Below are positions 12,620-25,626 of a DNA stretch of 64,000 bases, piece after piece. The stretch lies in NCBI GenBank assembly GCA_030390025.1, contig CM059432.1:53632001-53696000 (forward strand), written 5' to 3'. The notes under the pieces were generated by a model, which was given only the letters and a program-made list of their open reading frames with translations, had not been told where the DNA came from and ran no database searches. Origin of the DNA: Squalus acanthias. Lineage: Eukaryota. How positions within the stretch are numbered: position 1 is the first letter of the stretch; each line of letters begins with the position of its first letter. A program made the position numbers and the translations under genes.

Positions 12620-13544
12620 AGTGTCTTTCTCATCTCCCCCCATTTTATTGACACTACTATGATCTGAACCTTCCTCGCTTGTTCATTTTAAGCTGCAAAT
12701 ACAACTTCCTATGCATTTTCCCTCCTCCCTACATTTTCAGTGTTGAATTACAAACCTATTGCATATTTTTCTAATCTAATTTGTTCTTCTCCTGACTTCA
12801 AGGCTGTGGAATTCCTTACTTACCTCATTTTTTCATTCCTCCTATAATCCTCGGGCTTTTAAAACCCAGGCTTGGTGACACCTAATCACTACTTCCAAGT
12901 TTAACTTGTCATCTCTTTTGCTCTTTTCAAACACATTGATGTCCTTGGCTCTTCGCCTTGCTTTCTCAACAGAAGAAAATATACAAATTCACAGGTCAGA
13001 GATTGGAGAATTTTGAAAGCTATATTTTTGATCTGAATCAGGAGCGAAACGGCAGAAAGGATATTTTGCAGGGCCGCTACGGAGGCTGCTGCACAATCCT
13101 CTGTGATGTTGTGCAGTGAGCGACATGGTGTGAGTTTTGAGGGAAAGGCTGGGGTATGTAAGAGAAAGAATGCAGATAAGGCTTGTCAACATTTTTTATC
13201 AGAGATTAGAGCAGGCATACAGATTGGTTTCAGCCAGCTGTATAGAAAACCTACCCATATGAAAACTGTTTGAACAAACCTTGGGAAGACAGAATGACTC
13301 ACTGTACCAATCAAATTCTGCAGCATGAGAATGTAGATTCTGCAGAAAATCAATCCAGGGTTTGGGAACATTGCAATATAATAAACAGTTTTAAAATAAT
13401 GTATAGAATTAGTGCATTTTAAAAACAGTTTAGTCCATGAGTCCCCTTGTACTGCTTCGGGGGCTACAAGAGTGGCTGCCACTTCACCCCTAACTGTCAA
13501 ACCAGGTCTGGAATGTGTCACATGGAAACACCAGTTCACAGTTG

Positions 13545-14168
13545 ATGGTGGAAGGTGAGGCCCAGCACATGAGTGCAAAAGACAAGACTGAAGCATTTGC
13601 AACCATCTTCAGCCAGAATTGCTGAGTGGATGATCCAGCTCGGTCTCCTCCTGAGGTCCCCAGCATCACAGAAGCAAGTCTTCACTCTCCGTGATATCAA
13701 GAAATGGCTGAGCGCACTGGAATCAGCGAAGCCTATGGGCCCCGACAACATCCCGGCTGCCATGCTGAAGACTTGTGCTCCAGAACTAGCCGCGCCTCTA
13801 GTTAATCTGTTCCAATACAGCTACAACACTGGCATCTAACTGACAATGTAGAAAACTGCCCATGTATGTCTTGTCCACAAAAAGCAGGACAAATCCAATC
13901 CACCACATCGGTCTACTCTCAATCATCAATGAAGTGATGGAAGGTGTTGTCGACAGTGCTATCAAGCAGCACTTACTAACTAATAACCTGCTCACCAATG
14001 TTCAGTTTGGCTTCCGCTAAGACCACTCTGCTCCAGACCTCATTATAGCCTTGGTCCAAACATGGACAACAGAGCTGAATTCCAGAGGTTAAGTGAGAGT
14101 AACTGCCCTTGAAGTCAAGGCAGCATTTGACCGAGTGTGGCATCAAGGAGCCCGAGTAAAATTGAAGT
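13545..14168 (+). mobile_element. CR1-group LINE RT N-terminal fragment
   Basis: KPMGPDNIPAAMLKTCAPELAAPLVNLFQYS; later KAAFDRVWHQG. Confidence 0.85.
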
Positions 14169-14294
14169 AATTCCTGAACAGACCCGACACCAAGCTGCGG
14201 GTCAGCCAATTTAGATAGTTAAAAGCTTGTTAAAAGGTAGTTAAGCAGGATTTTACTATGTACTTACCATTTTACCAGCTTTTCCATAAGTTTC

Positions 14295-15940
14295 CTTAAA
14301 GAAATTATTATTAGTAAAAAAACAGTACCAGCAAAATTAATGGGACTAAAAGTCGACAAATCCCAAGGACCAGATGACCTACATCCTAGGGTTTTGAAAG
14401 AGGTGGCCATTGGAATAGTGGATGCATTGGTTGTCATCTTTCAAAATTCTATAGATTCTGAAACGGTTCCTGTAGATTGGAGGATAGCAAATGTAACCCC
14501 GCTATTTAAGAAAGGAGGGAGAGAGAAAACGGGGAACTACAGACCTGTTAGCCTCACATCGTAGTTGGGAAAATGCTGGAATCTATTATAAAGGATGCAA
14601 TAACTGGGCACTTAGAAATAATAGTAAGATTGGGCAGAGTCAACATAGATTTATGAAAGGGAAATCCTGTTTGACAAACCTATTGGAGTTCTTTGAGGCT
14701 GTAACTAATGGAGTAGACAAAGGGGAACCAGTAGATGTGGTGTATCTGGATTTTCAGAAGGCCTTCGATAAGGTCCCACACAAGAGGTTGGTGAACAAAA
14801 TTAGGGCACATGGAATTGGGGGTAATATACTAGCATGAATTGAGAATTGGTTAACAGACAGAAAACAAAGAGTAGGGATAAATGGGTCTTTTTCAGGATG
14901 GCAGGCTGTGACTAGTGGGGTACCGCAAGGATTGGTGCTTGGGCCCCAGCTATTCACAATCTATATCAATGATTTGGATGAGGAGACTAAATGTAACATT
15001 TCCAAATTTGCTGATGATACAAAGCTAGGTGGCAGTGTCAGTTGCGAAGAGGATGTGAAGAGGCTTCAAGGGGATCTCGATAGGCTCAGTGAGTGGGCGA
15101 GAACATGGCAGATGGAATATAATGTGGATAAATGTGAAGTTATCCACTTTGGTAGAAAAAACAGAAAGGCAGAGTATTTCGTAAATGGTGAAAGATTGGG
15201 GAATGCAGATGCTCAAAGGGATCTGGGTGTCCTTGTACATGAGTCACTGAAAGTGAATGTGCAGGTGCAGCAAGACATTAGGAAGGCGAATGGTATGCTG
15301 GCCTTCATTACAAGAGGATTTGAGTAAAGGAGTAAAGAAGTCTTACTCCAATTATATAGGGCTTTGGTGAGACCATACCTGGCGTACTGTGTGCAATTTT
15401 GGTCTCCTTACCTAAAAAAGGATATACTTGCCATAGAGGGAGTGCAACGAAGGTTCACGAGATTGATTCCTGGGATGGTGGGACTGTCGTATGAGAAGAG
15501 ATTGAGTAAACTAGGCCTGTATTCTCTTGAATTCAGAAGAATCAGAGGGGACCTCATTGAAGCATACAAAATTATTACGGGGCTTGATAGGATGGATGCT
15601 GGGAGAATGTTTCCCTTAGCTGAGGAGTCTAGAACCAGGGGCCACAGCCTCAAGATAAAGGTTAGGCCATTCAGGACTGAGATGAGAAGAAATTTCTTCA
15701 CTCAGAGGGTGGTGAATCTTTGGAATTCTCTACCCCAGAGGGCTGTGGAGGCTCAGTCATTGGGTATATTCAAAACAGAAGTCGATAGATTTCTGACTAG
15801 TAAGGGCATCAAGAGGATATGGCGATAGGGCCGGTGAATGGAGTTGAGGCAGAAGATCAGCCATGATCTCATTGAATGGTGGAGCAGACTCGAAGGACCG
15901 AAGGGCCGACTCCTGCTCCTATTTCTTATGTTCTTATGTT
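14295..15940 (+). mobile_element. CR1 LINE (HER1-like), 5'-truncated, RT with several stops
   Basis: GPDDLHPRVLKE, NYRPVSLTS, YLDFQKAFDKVPH, GVPQG, FADDTKL, WNSLP; tail ...CTCCTGCTCCTATTTCTTATGTTCTTATGTT. Confidence 0.95.
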
Positions 15941-17430
15941 CCCGGCGCGTGGGGATCAGGTCAGGTAAGGAGTTCGGGAGTTGTGTCAGCATGGAATGAT
16001 TTACTAACTTGACAGCTGCAAATGTTCTATAGCAGCTCCCATTTCATAGGTCTTCACTTTCCAAGCTCAGAAGCTGTTGCTTGCTGCATTTGGAAGACAG
16101 ATTGAGCTTTATGCAGGTTGCAAGTGTTTGGAGCAAACTCTCTATCCAGTGTCACCTCATTGGAACAACCTCTCTCACCATTGACAGATTGCTTCTGTCA
16201 TCTCAACTGCACCTGCCATCTATTCCATCAGCATCAGTGGCCTTGAAAAAATCTCACCTTGGTCCTCAGAATCCCACCACAATCAGCCCCAACACCAGCA
16301 GCACCAGGCACACCAGCTGCTCCAACAACAACACCAACCTTCTCCACAATCAACTGATGCTGCAGTGGACACAGGGCATCATCACCCATGCACATTGCTG
16401 CCCGGGACGCCAGCGATGGCCTCACCATGTCCAGATTGACTTCACTTAACACTGTACACCCTGGCTGCCACATGATGTACCAGGTTGGCACCACCTCACA
16501 CCAACACGATAAAGCATCCCTACAATGCCCAAACCATTCCTTTCACACTCATCCCCATTGCGGGGGTACTGTTATGTCTCACCATTCATTACAACTCACT
16601 AAGCCACTTCCAAAGGTGCACACAAGTCTGTCCAAGAATGCAAAGTTTGGAAAATAAAGATTTCAATGTTTGGCAACACATCAACAGAAACTTTACATGA
16701 ACATTAGCGAAAACACCCAAGTGCCTACCATTGTGTGTTGTTAGATGAGGGTGAGTGTGTGGGGTGGCTAGTAAGATGGGGAAGTGATAATGTAGATAGA
16801 GAGGTATGGGTGGAGGTGCAAGGTAAGTTGGTGTGAGTAAGGATGAGCAGGAGTAGGGTAGGGAAGGCAGAGTGATGGGGATGTGATGAGAGGCACAGCA
16901 GGATGAGGTTGTGTGTGGCTTGGCAGTAATGTTTCATGATCTACTGAGATCATTGAAAGGTTTGCGCCACTGCAGCCTGGTCCTCCTGACGACATCCCTG
17001 CTTGTGCCCTCCTGTGCAATGTGCAACCAGGCTGCGTTGGTGTCCTGGGGAGGTCTCTTCCACCCGTAGGAAGGGAAGAGAACCTCCCTGCATGCTGTGA
17101 CACCCTCCATAAGCATGGGTGCAGCCGTCCACCTTTGTACAGTGCTTGTCAGTGTTTGCAGCACCTCAATGCTGTAGATCACTGACAGCACAACTGTCAA
17201 AATGAATGTGGCCATGGTCCCTTTAAGGAAACTGGCTGATGGCGCGGCATCAAATGACATCATCAGACCCGTTTCCTTTTAATTGGCCGGGAACCTCACA
17301 GGGCGGGCTTAACAAGCCCAATCAACGGAAATTTCTTCCCACAGGGAGGGATGGAATCGGGAGCGGGGTCTCTGTCTGCCACCTACCTCGGCCGCACTTA
17401 GCCCGCCTCTGTAGGTGAAATTGTGTCCTA
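15941..17430. mobile_element. Internally deleted Harbinger element (transposase 5' on +, Myb exon 1 on -)
   Basis: Minus 16925-17125 translates LMEGVTACREVLFPSYGWKRPPQDTNAAWLHIAQEGTSRDVVRRTRLQWRKPFNDLSRS (Myb/SANT). The left arm appears to continue at 14170-14294, on the other side of the CR1. Confidence 0.75.
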
Positions 17431-17819
17431 TATATTTCTTCTTTAAGTATGAAAAATTTAATTTTCAACTCATTTAATGATTATTCATACACATTAGGCA
17501 AGCGAGTTTAAGAACCTACAATTGAGGAAGCTTTACAATTTTTAATGTGACTTATACTGATGCCATAAAAGTGCATTAAAAGAAATAGAAAATACAGTGC
17601 AGGTCTCAGTGAAGATAAACTTAAATAAAACGCTGAAAAAATTTCAATAAAAGACCAGAAAAATCACCTGGTTTCCTGCTGCGCCTGAAAATCTGGTCAT
17701 AATTTGAAGGGAGCCTCTGAGAAAGTGCAATTGCAGGAAACCTGCGCATAAAGCTCTGTAACTGGGGGGCGGGGCTATTCTTAAGGGTGTGAGAGATCGA
17801 TAGATGATCGTAAAAGATC

Positions 17820-19060
17820 AAGGATATTTGAGCGCATCCTTTTAAGCCCCTAATGGTCTTCTCAATGACCACTCTTGCTGTTCAGGCCATTCACTGTGGT
17901 CATTACCCATAAGAGCAGAGGGCAGGCTTTGTCACCCACATGCCATCTGGTGACATGAGTTTCTTCTTTAAAGAAGTCAGGGAGGGCCTGAAGTATGAAT
18001 CCATCGTAGCAACTTCCAGCATCTCTCCTGTTGACCTGTAGGATCCTTTGCATATTGCCACATTCAAGCCATACATTGAGGGTGTGGATGCCCTTCCTGT
18101 TGATGAAGTTGAGGGAGTTTTCCGTAGAAGCTTGCAAAGCAACATGGGGTGCCATCGATTGCACCCTTGACCTTGGGAAAACCAGCAAGCATGTAGAAAC
18201 TGGATTGCCCTATTTTGATGTTGCCTTGCTGTGATGCCAAAGGTGATGGATTCCAAGCTATGCTGTAAAATGTTACAATCATTGACAAATGTATACCCAT
18301 ACTGCACCCTGGCTGATGTTACAGAGATCCCCTATGGCTGCCTGAAATGAGCCTGTGTCAAAATGGTTGAACGCAGTTGTTGCCTTCATAGCCAGAGGGA
18401 GAGCATTGTGGGCAGGTCCTCCTGCAGTAAAAAAAGGAAGAACTTGCTTTTATATAGTTACGTTAATTACCTCAGAAAGTCCCAAAGTGCTTCACAGCCT
18501 CTGAAGTAGTTTTGAAGTGTAGTTACTTTTGGAATGTAGGGAAGTGCAGCAACTAATTTGTGCACAACAAGGTCACACAAATAGCAATGAGATAATGACT
18601 CGATAATCTGTTTTTAGTTGCATTGGCCGAATAGTGTCATGCGATCTTTTATATCCACCTAAGTAGGCAGACAGGGCCTAGATTTCAAAAAGGCAGTACT
18701 CTGTCAGTATTGCACTGAAGTGTCAGTCTAGAATATATGCTCAAGTCTCTGGAGTGGTTCTTGAACCCACAAACTTCCTGCCTCAGAGGTGAGAGCGCTA
18801 TTACTGAGTCAAGGCTGAATCTTACCACTAAATAGGTAGCAGAGCCTCTTTGGTGAAATGCACTCTTCTTGTATACACCTCTTCACTAAGGTCCTCATAT
18901 GAACTGTGCTGTGTGTATAGTCTATGGCGAGGGGAGGGGGGTTGTAATATTTGATGGGATCCATCCTCTTCAAATGCTGCCTGACTCTCCTGTGCTCCAT
19001 TGTGTGTTGTACCTCGTCCTCCTCCATGATATTGGTATACAAGGTTATGCTATACCTGCT
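17820..19060 (-). pseudogene. Harbinger transposase relic split by a SINE
   Basis: AGFPKVKGAIDGT, FINRKGIHTLNV, GSCYDGFIL, WHVGDKACP, VIEKTI motifs across frameshifts. Confidence 0.85.
18432..18818 (-). mobile_element. Deu-domain tRNA SINE (SacSINE1-like), diverged
   Basis: Homologous to 25003-25485; tRNA-like head at the right end, ATAAAAGCAAGTTCTT tail at the left. Confidence 0.8.
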
Positions 19061-19429
19061 TCTGGGAAGCTTCACTTTGGGTGGAGTGGTGGGTGAAAAT
19101 CTCTCAGTAGTTTCACACTATCAGAAGCAGTGAGAAGCGAGTCCAGGTCTGTGCAAGCAGAATGGCAACAAAAATAAATCTCTACAAGAAGTCATTCACA
19201 GCTGCAGAAATCGCTCCTGAAACTCTTCACATTCTTCAGACTCACAAACTTCTCACTTCCGCCTGTCTCCGCTGATCCTGGCAACAGCTCAGCCTTGTAA
19301 TTCTGAGTCTAATTTAACCCAAGTACTTTGCAAGTATAAAAGCAGGAAATTTGGAGCTGCTGCACCACCGGCCCTCATAATAATACATTAAAATTAGCTC
19401 AATCGAGGCTCAGCGGACAGATCATGGGA

Positions 19430-19573
19430 AACATAAATATAAAAATATAAGAATTAGAAGCAGGAGTAGGTCATACGGCCACTCGAGCCGTTCAGTAAGA
19501 TCACAGCTGATCTTCGACCTCAACTCCACTTTTCCGCCCAATCTCCATATCCCTTAATTCCCTTAGAGACCAA
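19430..19573 (-). mobile_element. CR1 3' tail fragment
   Basis: AGCAGGAGTAGGTCATACGGCC...CTCAACTCCAC is the reverse complement of the CR1 tail; continues CAAAAATCTA after the MITE. Confidence 0.85.
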
Positions 19574-20458
19574 GGGGTAAAAATTCAGTTGGTTGCGCCT
19601 CCCGTTAGCGCCTTAAGAGGGCGCTAATGGGGCGCAAAGCCGCTAACGCCCGGGCGCAGCGATGTTTGCGCCGCTCGGGAACTTAACTAGAGATTGTGCG
19701 GCGGCGCTAAACTTTACCGCTGCGACCACCTGCGCGCGCAGATTGTGACGTCATTCCATGGTGCAACGCCCTTGTGGCGCCCCGGAGTGGAAATTGAGTG
19801 GCGCCCCCTGCCTTACCGCCTGGCGCATCCAACGACCAGAAGACTGGAACGCTATCAATCGCTGTGGGGGGCGCTATTTAAAGGGGGCCTCTTCCTGTCT
19901 TTTATTGTTGGTGGCATTTTTGAACTACGCATTCTGAGAGAGAGAGGGAGAGACTTCTGGAGAGATTCAACGTTGTGTGAAGGAGTTTTGGGTATTGAGC
20001 AGCACTTTGCAGGTTCATTTTGATTTGCCATTCCTTGTATCGATTTAGCAGAGACTGTGGGAGCTGCACTCTGAGCTCTTTGCCTGGTACTCTCCATTGT
20101 TCTTTCCAGCACATTTGATGTGCAAGTCTCTCCAGGCCGAGATTCAAGGCTGCAATGAACAGGATGTGGATGGAAAGCAAGATTAACCATCCCCTTTAAG
20201 AACTGGCCCGTGCCATTGTGTGTGTGTTCCATTGCTGACTGACATTACATGAGCTTCGCCAGCGCTCTGAGTTAGCGCCTCACTCCTTGACCTTTGCGCC
20301 TTAAGACAGGTGTGCAGCGCCTGATTTAGCGCTCCACTCACCTCCCGGGGCGGTAAAAGTGAAGTTTCCAGTCAGTGCCGATAATTAGCGCCAGGCGCTA
20401 ATATTTGCGTCCAGACGATATTTGCGCCCCAAATGGGGCGCGACCTAATTTTCCCCCC
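19574..20458. mobile_element. Non-autonomous Harbinger-type element with dense (TTA)GCGCC subterminal repeats
   Basis: Ends GGGGTAAAAATT / AATTTTCCCCCC with a CAA TSD; removing it restores the CR1 tail. Confidence 0.85.
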
Positions 20459-21999
20459 CAAAAATCTAAAAAAAAAGGCCAAAAAGCACAAGGGACTTTG
20501 AGGGGTGGGTGGGGGGGATTAATTTTGCAGCAGAAAACCGGTGTAAATGGCTTCTGCCCTATTTTGCTGCCAAAAAAAAGTTACTAGCCCCAATTATAAA
20601 CTGAAATAACACTGAAAACATTGTGTTGATTTGACAATATAGCTAAGCATTCTTTGGTATTGCTGTTCTGCAATGACGCGACATAATAGTGTAAGACCAT
20701 CCCTCCACCAATTCCCACCACTCCAAGTGATTGAAAAACGCTGAAGCAACAAAGACAGGAAACCATTTTTGAGGCTTTCAAGGTCAAAATAAATCTGTTT
20801 TTGTGTATAGAAGCATGAAAGCTTTTCGAACTTTCTCTGTGGTAATCTTTGACGGGAAAATCTGTGTGTATAATAGGGTTGTTTATTTATGCAATTTATT
20901 TACTGTTCAGAGACAGACTCCCCCAGTCACTCTCCTCACCCTGTCCCAAGAACACTTCTTTGCTTTAGCATTTATTTCCAATATGCAGACCTGGGTTTAG
21001 GTGTCTGGGCATTCTTACTAAACCTGAACAACAATTTCACACATTGCTTCTTTGCTCCCATCTCCAAACCATTTTACTAGACAAAAGAACTGTGCAATCA
21101 TATAATCCTAATACAAACTGGGCCATGGGGGAGTAGTCAGGTAGGATGGACTTTGAGGTGATTTGAGAGAGATTAAGAACTTGGATTGGCTTGGGACAGG
21201 CTTGGCATCTCCCAGGCCTTAAAAAAAATAAGAAGTATCTATAAATTAGGACCAAAGACCTGTGATCCCAATCTGTGGCTGTCCCTTTATATGAAATCAC
21301 AATAAGTAAGAGTGCCAAAATCGTGCGATCCAGAAGGGGGCACAATTGTGCTATAGTACTGATGATGGGGCATGGTTGTAATTTGGGGTAGAACCCGGAT
21401 CTTCCAGGCTTCCACCCCATAAAATACTGTGACAAATTACACTCTGTAAATGAATTGACAAAGTAACCCAGTGTTTTTTTCCAAACTGGTACTATGCATA
21501 AGGAAAACCAATTCTACTGGCAAAGGGTTTGTACTAATATGACAACAGTGTCATAAGAAGTTAAACTAATGCTTGGTCTGATGATGAAATGAGTCTCCAG
21601 ATTTATGCCTCCAGGTCACTGTGATGACGAGAAATCACTGCACTCCTGTTCTTTCTCCATACTTGAAATATTAGATTTGAAAGGTGTAGTGCCTATGGTA
21701 GTGCAACAATCCCTAAAAAAGGTTCTGATACCAATGAAAACACAGTAATTATCATCTGAAGAACAATGAATACTATATATTGCAAATGATAAAGTAGTCA
21801 CTATTATGGTCTGCAGCTTTGTATCTGATAAAGATCTTCAAATACTATGTAGGACATAATATGGTACAGTAAGAAATGTGATTTTATGAAAGAACCCTAG
21901 CTTATGAATTTGCCTTGATAGCTAACACTGCAGAAAAAAGTGAAGAACGTGGGCCCTTTACATTTTTCTATTTTTTTCCTTCTTTTCATTCCTTCTGTT

Positions 22000-22420
22000 A
22001 AAGTAAGAAAGAAATTGAATTTATGTTCTCAGGATGTTCCAGAGTGCTTCACAACCAATTAATTCTTCTTTTTGAGTGCCATCACTGTTGTTATGTAGCA
22101 AACACAGCAGCCAATGTGCATATAAGGTCCTGTAAACTGCAATGAGATAAATGACCAGCTAATCATTTTTTGGTGGACTTAGTTGAGAGATAACTATTGA
22201 CCAGGACACCAGGGGAATTCCTCGTCTTCAAATAGTGCCATGGGATCTTTTACATCCACATGAACAGGCAGGCGGGGCATCTCATCAGAAAGGCAACATC
22301 TCTAACAATGCAGCACTTCCTCAGTATTGCTGAGACAAGTTAGCCTACATTACATGCTGGAATCGGGCTTGTACTCAAAAACTTCTGACTTAGAACTACC
22401 ACTAAACCAAGCTGACACTT
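22000..22420 (-). mobile_element. Deu-domain tRNA SINE (SacSINE1-like), diverged
   Basis: CTTCAAATAGTGCCATGGGATCTTTTACATC core shared with 25260-25295. Confidence 0.8.
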
Positions 22421-23024
22421 AATAATATAAATTCCCTTGATGGTTCACTGACTAAAGACATTTTGCCAGTTGGTACAGTGTTTCAGAGACCAAAGTGATC
22501 CCAGATTTGACCCCTGATTAGTGCCGATTTTAGGCCCCTGGGAGAGGCAGGGTGGGGTGCGTGACAACGGGTGCTAAGATCTGCCTTAGCACCTCGAAGT
22601 CATAAAAGGGAAAACTCAGGTAACTTCTTGTGACCCTTGGTAGAAAGCGTACATTTTAATGTCCAATATATTGATAATGTTACTTTAAGAGTTTTATGGA
22701 ATCGTTACAGAATGTTACAACTACATACATTACTTAGATAGATAAAATCCCAAACTTGCGGTGAGGAAATGGTAAGCCTCACCATCAGAATTCTCCGACA
22801 TTCTCTGCCACAATCCCAACCAATTTCAAGCAGGATCACAGGAAAGAATAACCGCGTAAACACAGAAGCATTACTGGGTGAACTTCCTGATATCACGCTC
22901 CCAGTGGGATCTGTGGCTAAAGAGAGCATGGGTTGGAAAATTACTGCTATAGTGTGAAAGCCTGACCTCTGCCCCAGGCTTGGCTACCCAGTGGGAAGCG
23001 TGATCAGTGAACTTATACACACAT

Positions 23025-23515
23025 CCAATTAGTCCCACTCCCCCTGCTCTTTCCCGTATCACTGTCATTTTTTCTCCTTCAAGTATTTATTCAATTCCCT
23101 TTTGAAGGCTACTAGTGAATCTGTTTCCACCACCCTATCAGACAGTGCATTCCAAATCCTAACCACTCATTGCGTAAAAAAGTATTTCCTCATGTCGCCT
23201 CTGGTTCTTTTGCCAATCACCTTAAATCTGTGCCCTCTGGTTAGCGACCCTTCAGCCATTGGAAACAGTTTCTCTTTATTTACTCTATCTAAATCCTTCA
23301 TGATTTTAAACACCTCTATCAAATCTCCTCTTAGCCTTCTCTGCTCCAAGGAGAACAAGTCCAGCTTCTCTAGTCTATCCACATAACTGTAATCCTTCAT
23401 CCCTGGGACCATTCTAGTAAATCTCTTCTGTACCCTCTCCAAAGCCTTCACGTACTTCCTAAAGTATGTGCCCAGACATCTGTGCTATACGATTCTATGA
23501 TTTTATGATTCTATG
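23025..23515 (-). mobile_element. CR1 3' fragment with inverted structure
   Basis: Minus ALERVQKRFTRMVPG...RRLRGDLIEVFKIMK...TRGHRFK; a plus-strand (GATTCTAT)n tail follows at 23480-23515. Confidence 0.85.
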
Positions 23516-25002
23516 CATCTGTGGAACATCAAGTGAGGAGAGGACTGGATTTGGATGTAACATACTTCTTCCCACTGTAGAGTATCCTAGAAACACTGAC
23601 TGTCCAGGTTTACACATTTAGAATGAATGGCCATTTGGGTGAAGCCCCAAGGGCTGTCACAACTCTGGGAACTGTACCTTTGTATTTCTCTAGAGAAATG
23701 AGGGGGTGTTGGGAAGGGAAAGGTGCATAAGCAATGCAATAAATGTTAGTCCATGGGTACCGTGTGCAGTGTCTCAAATTATGATAGTAATCTCTCAGCT
23801 TGTAACACATTTTCCACTGTAATACTGCGCTTTATACATTGATTTACATATAATAATTCCTTTGAAGGACAACCATAAATCTAAAACTCACAACCTGCTT
23901 CCTGTGGACTTCAGAATGACAAGGCTGTGTTTGCAAATCAGGATTAAGTAGATTAATAAAGTTGTAAATCTCTGGTACAACATTACATGAGATACATATT
24001 CTGAAGTCTCTTTACTCCTGTCTGGTGAAATGATATGTTTAACATGCAGATTTTGATGCCATTCTGCTAGCGATTATTTGGAATTCAGCTTGTGTTACTT
24101 GTTGAACATTAGAAAATTAAGGGATATCTAGTTAAATAGATATAAAAAGCCTATGTCTAATTTTCTCTGGATGTTTGATTTGGAACATAAATTCAGCACG
24201 CTGAATTTCTAAGCCTGAAAATAAATCTGGGCTTTAAGTGTATCGGACTCATGAGTGTGTAATTTCATGGATGCTGTATAGTACTGAAGGCAGCAGTCTG
24301 ATAAAAAATCTGTCGCCATAACCTGCTGGCGTTGTTGGTCCATGATGAATTGAATAAAAGTCTTGGCAGGATGGAACAAGGTATCTGTAATGCATGTGTA
24401 CAGAGAACTGGCTGACATTACATACATCACCGGTGTTTGACAGTAACAACACTGATGCATCAAAATTCAATGCTGTGGTGATTTACAGTGATAGAGGCTG
24501 TACTGCCTGATGTTTCTAGTCGTTCTAACATTTAACAAGGAGCAAAGCTGAATTCCAAATAATTGCTCGCAGTGAAGTATCAAAACCTCTCTGTGCTTAT
24601 CTTAAATATGGAGGGGGGTGAAAATCCACAGGACGGTTACACCCCAGCATAAGTGCCAGGATGCACCTGCCCAGTAGCTCCACTGCTGACCATTCCAAAG
24701 TTTGCAGAATCAGTAGATGTCCCTTTATTAGCATATCAACAGAAGGCACCTACGCCACGAAGGATGCATCTAGCATGCATGCCTACCCCCCAGGCCACAG
24801 TTTGCAGTGCATCACCGGTTCCAGGGGAGGTGCCTGATTCCTCACGAGTAAAAAACTTCGATGCGCCCATCGCAGCCCCCTTTTTTAATTTTTATTTTTA
24901 TTTCCATTGAAATTAACAAAGCAAGGGCAATTCCGCCAAGCTGAACAACAGAGGAGGCTTTGGAGGAGGACGGTGTGGTCGACTGTGTCAAAGGCTGCAG
25001 AG

Positions 25003-25485
25003 AAAGAAAGGAAGAAAGAAAGAAAGACTTGCATTTATATAACACTTTTCACGATCATCTCAGGACGTCCCAAAGTGCTTTACAGCCAATGAGGTACTTT
25101 TTGGACTGTAGTCATGTTTTAATGTAGGAAATGCGGCAGCCAATTTGCGCACAGCAAGGTCCCGCAAACAGCAATGTGATAATGACCAGATAATCTGTTT
25201 TAGTGATGTTGGTTGAGGGATAAATATTAGCCAGGACACCGGGGATAACTCCCCTGCTCTTCTTCAAAATAGTGCCATGGGATCTTTTACATCTACCTGA
25301 GAAGGCAGACGGGGCCTCGGTTTAACGTCTCATCCGAAAGACGGCACCTCCGATAGTGCAACACTCCCTCAGTACTGCACTGGAATGTCAACCTAGATTT
25401 TGTGATCAAGTCGCTGGAGTGGGACCTGAACTCAGAAACTTCTGACTCAGAGGCGAGAGTGCTACACTGAGCCATGGCTGACACT
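25003..25485 (-). mobile_element. Full-length Deu-domain tRNA SINE (SacSINE1-like)
   Basis: Minus strand has A box TGGCTCAGTG, B-box-like GAGTTCAGGTCC, Deu core GGAGGTGCCGTCTTTCGGATGAGACGTTAAACCGAGG and a (CTTT)n tail; apparent TSD GAGAAAGA. Confidence 0.9.
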
Positions 25486-25626
25486 GAGAAAGACGAGGAG
25501 GGATAATGCGCCACAGTCACACAGAATGTCATTTGTAACTTTGGTTAGTGCCGTTTCGGTGCTGTGGCAGGGGTGGAAAGCTAATTGGAGAGTCTCAAGC
25601 AGGGAATTGTGGGAAAGATGGGCATG

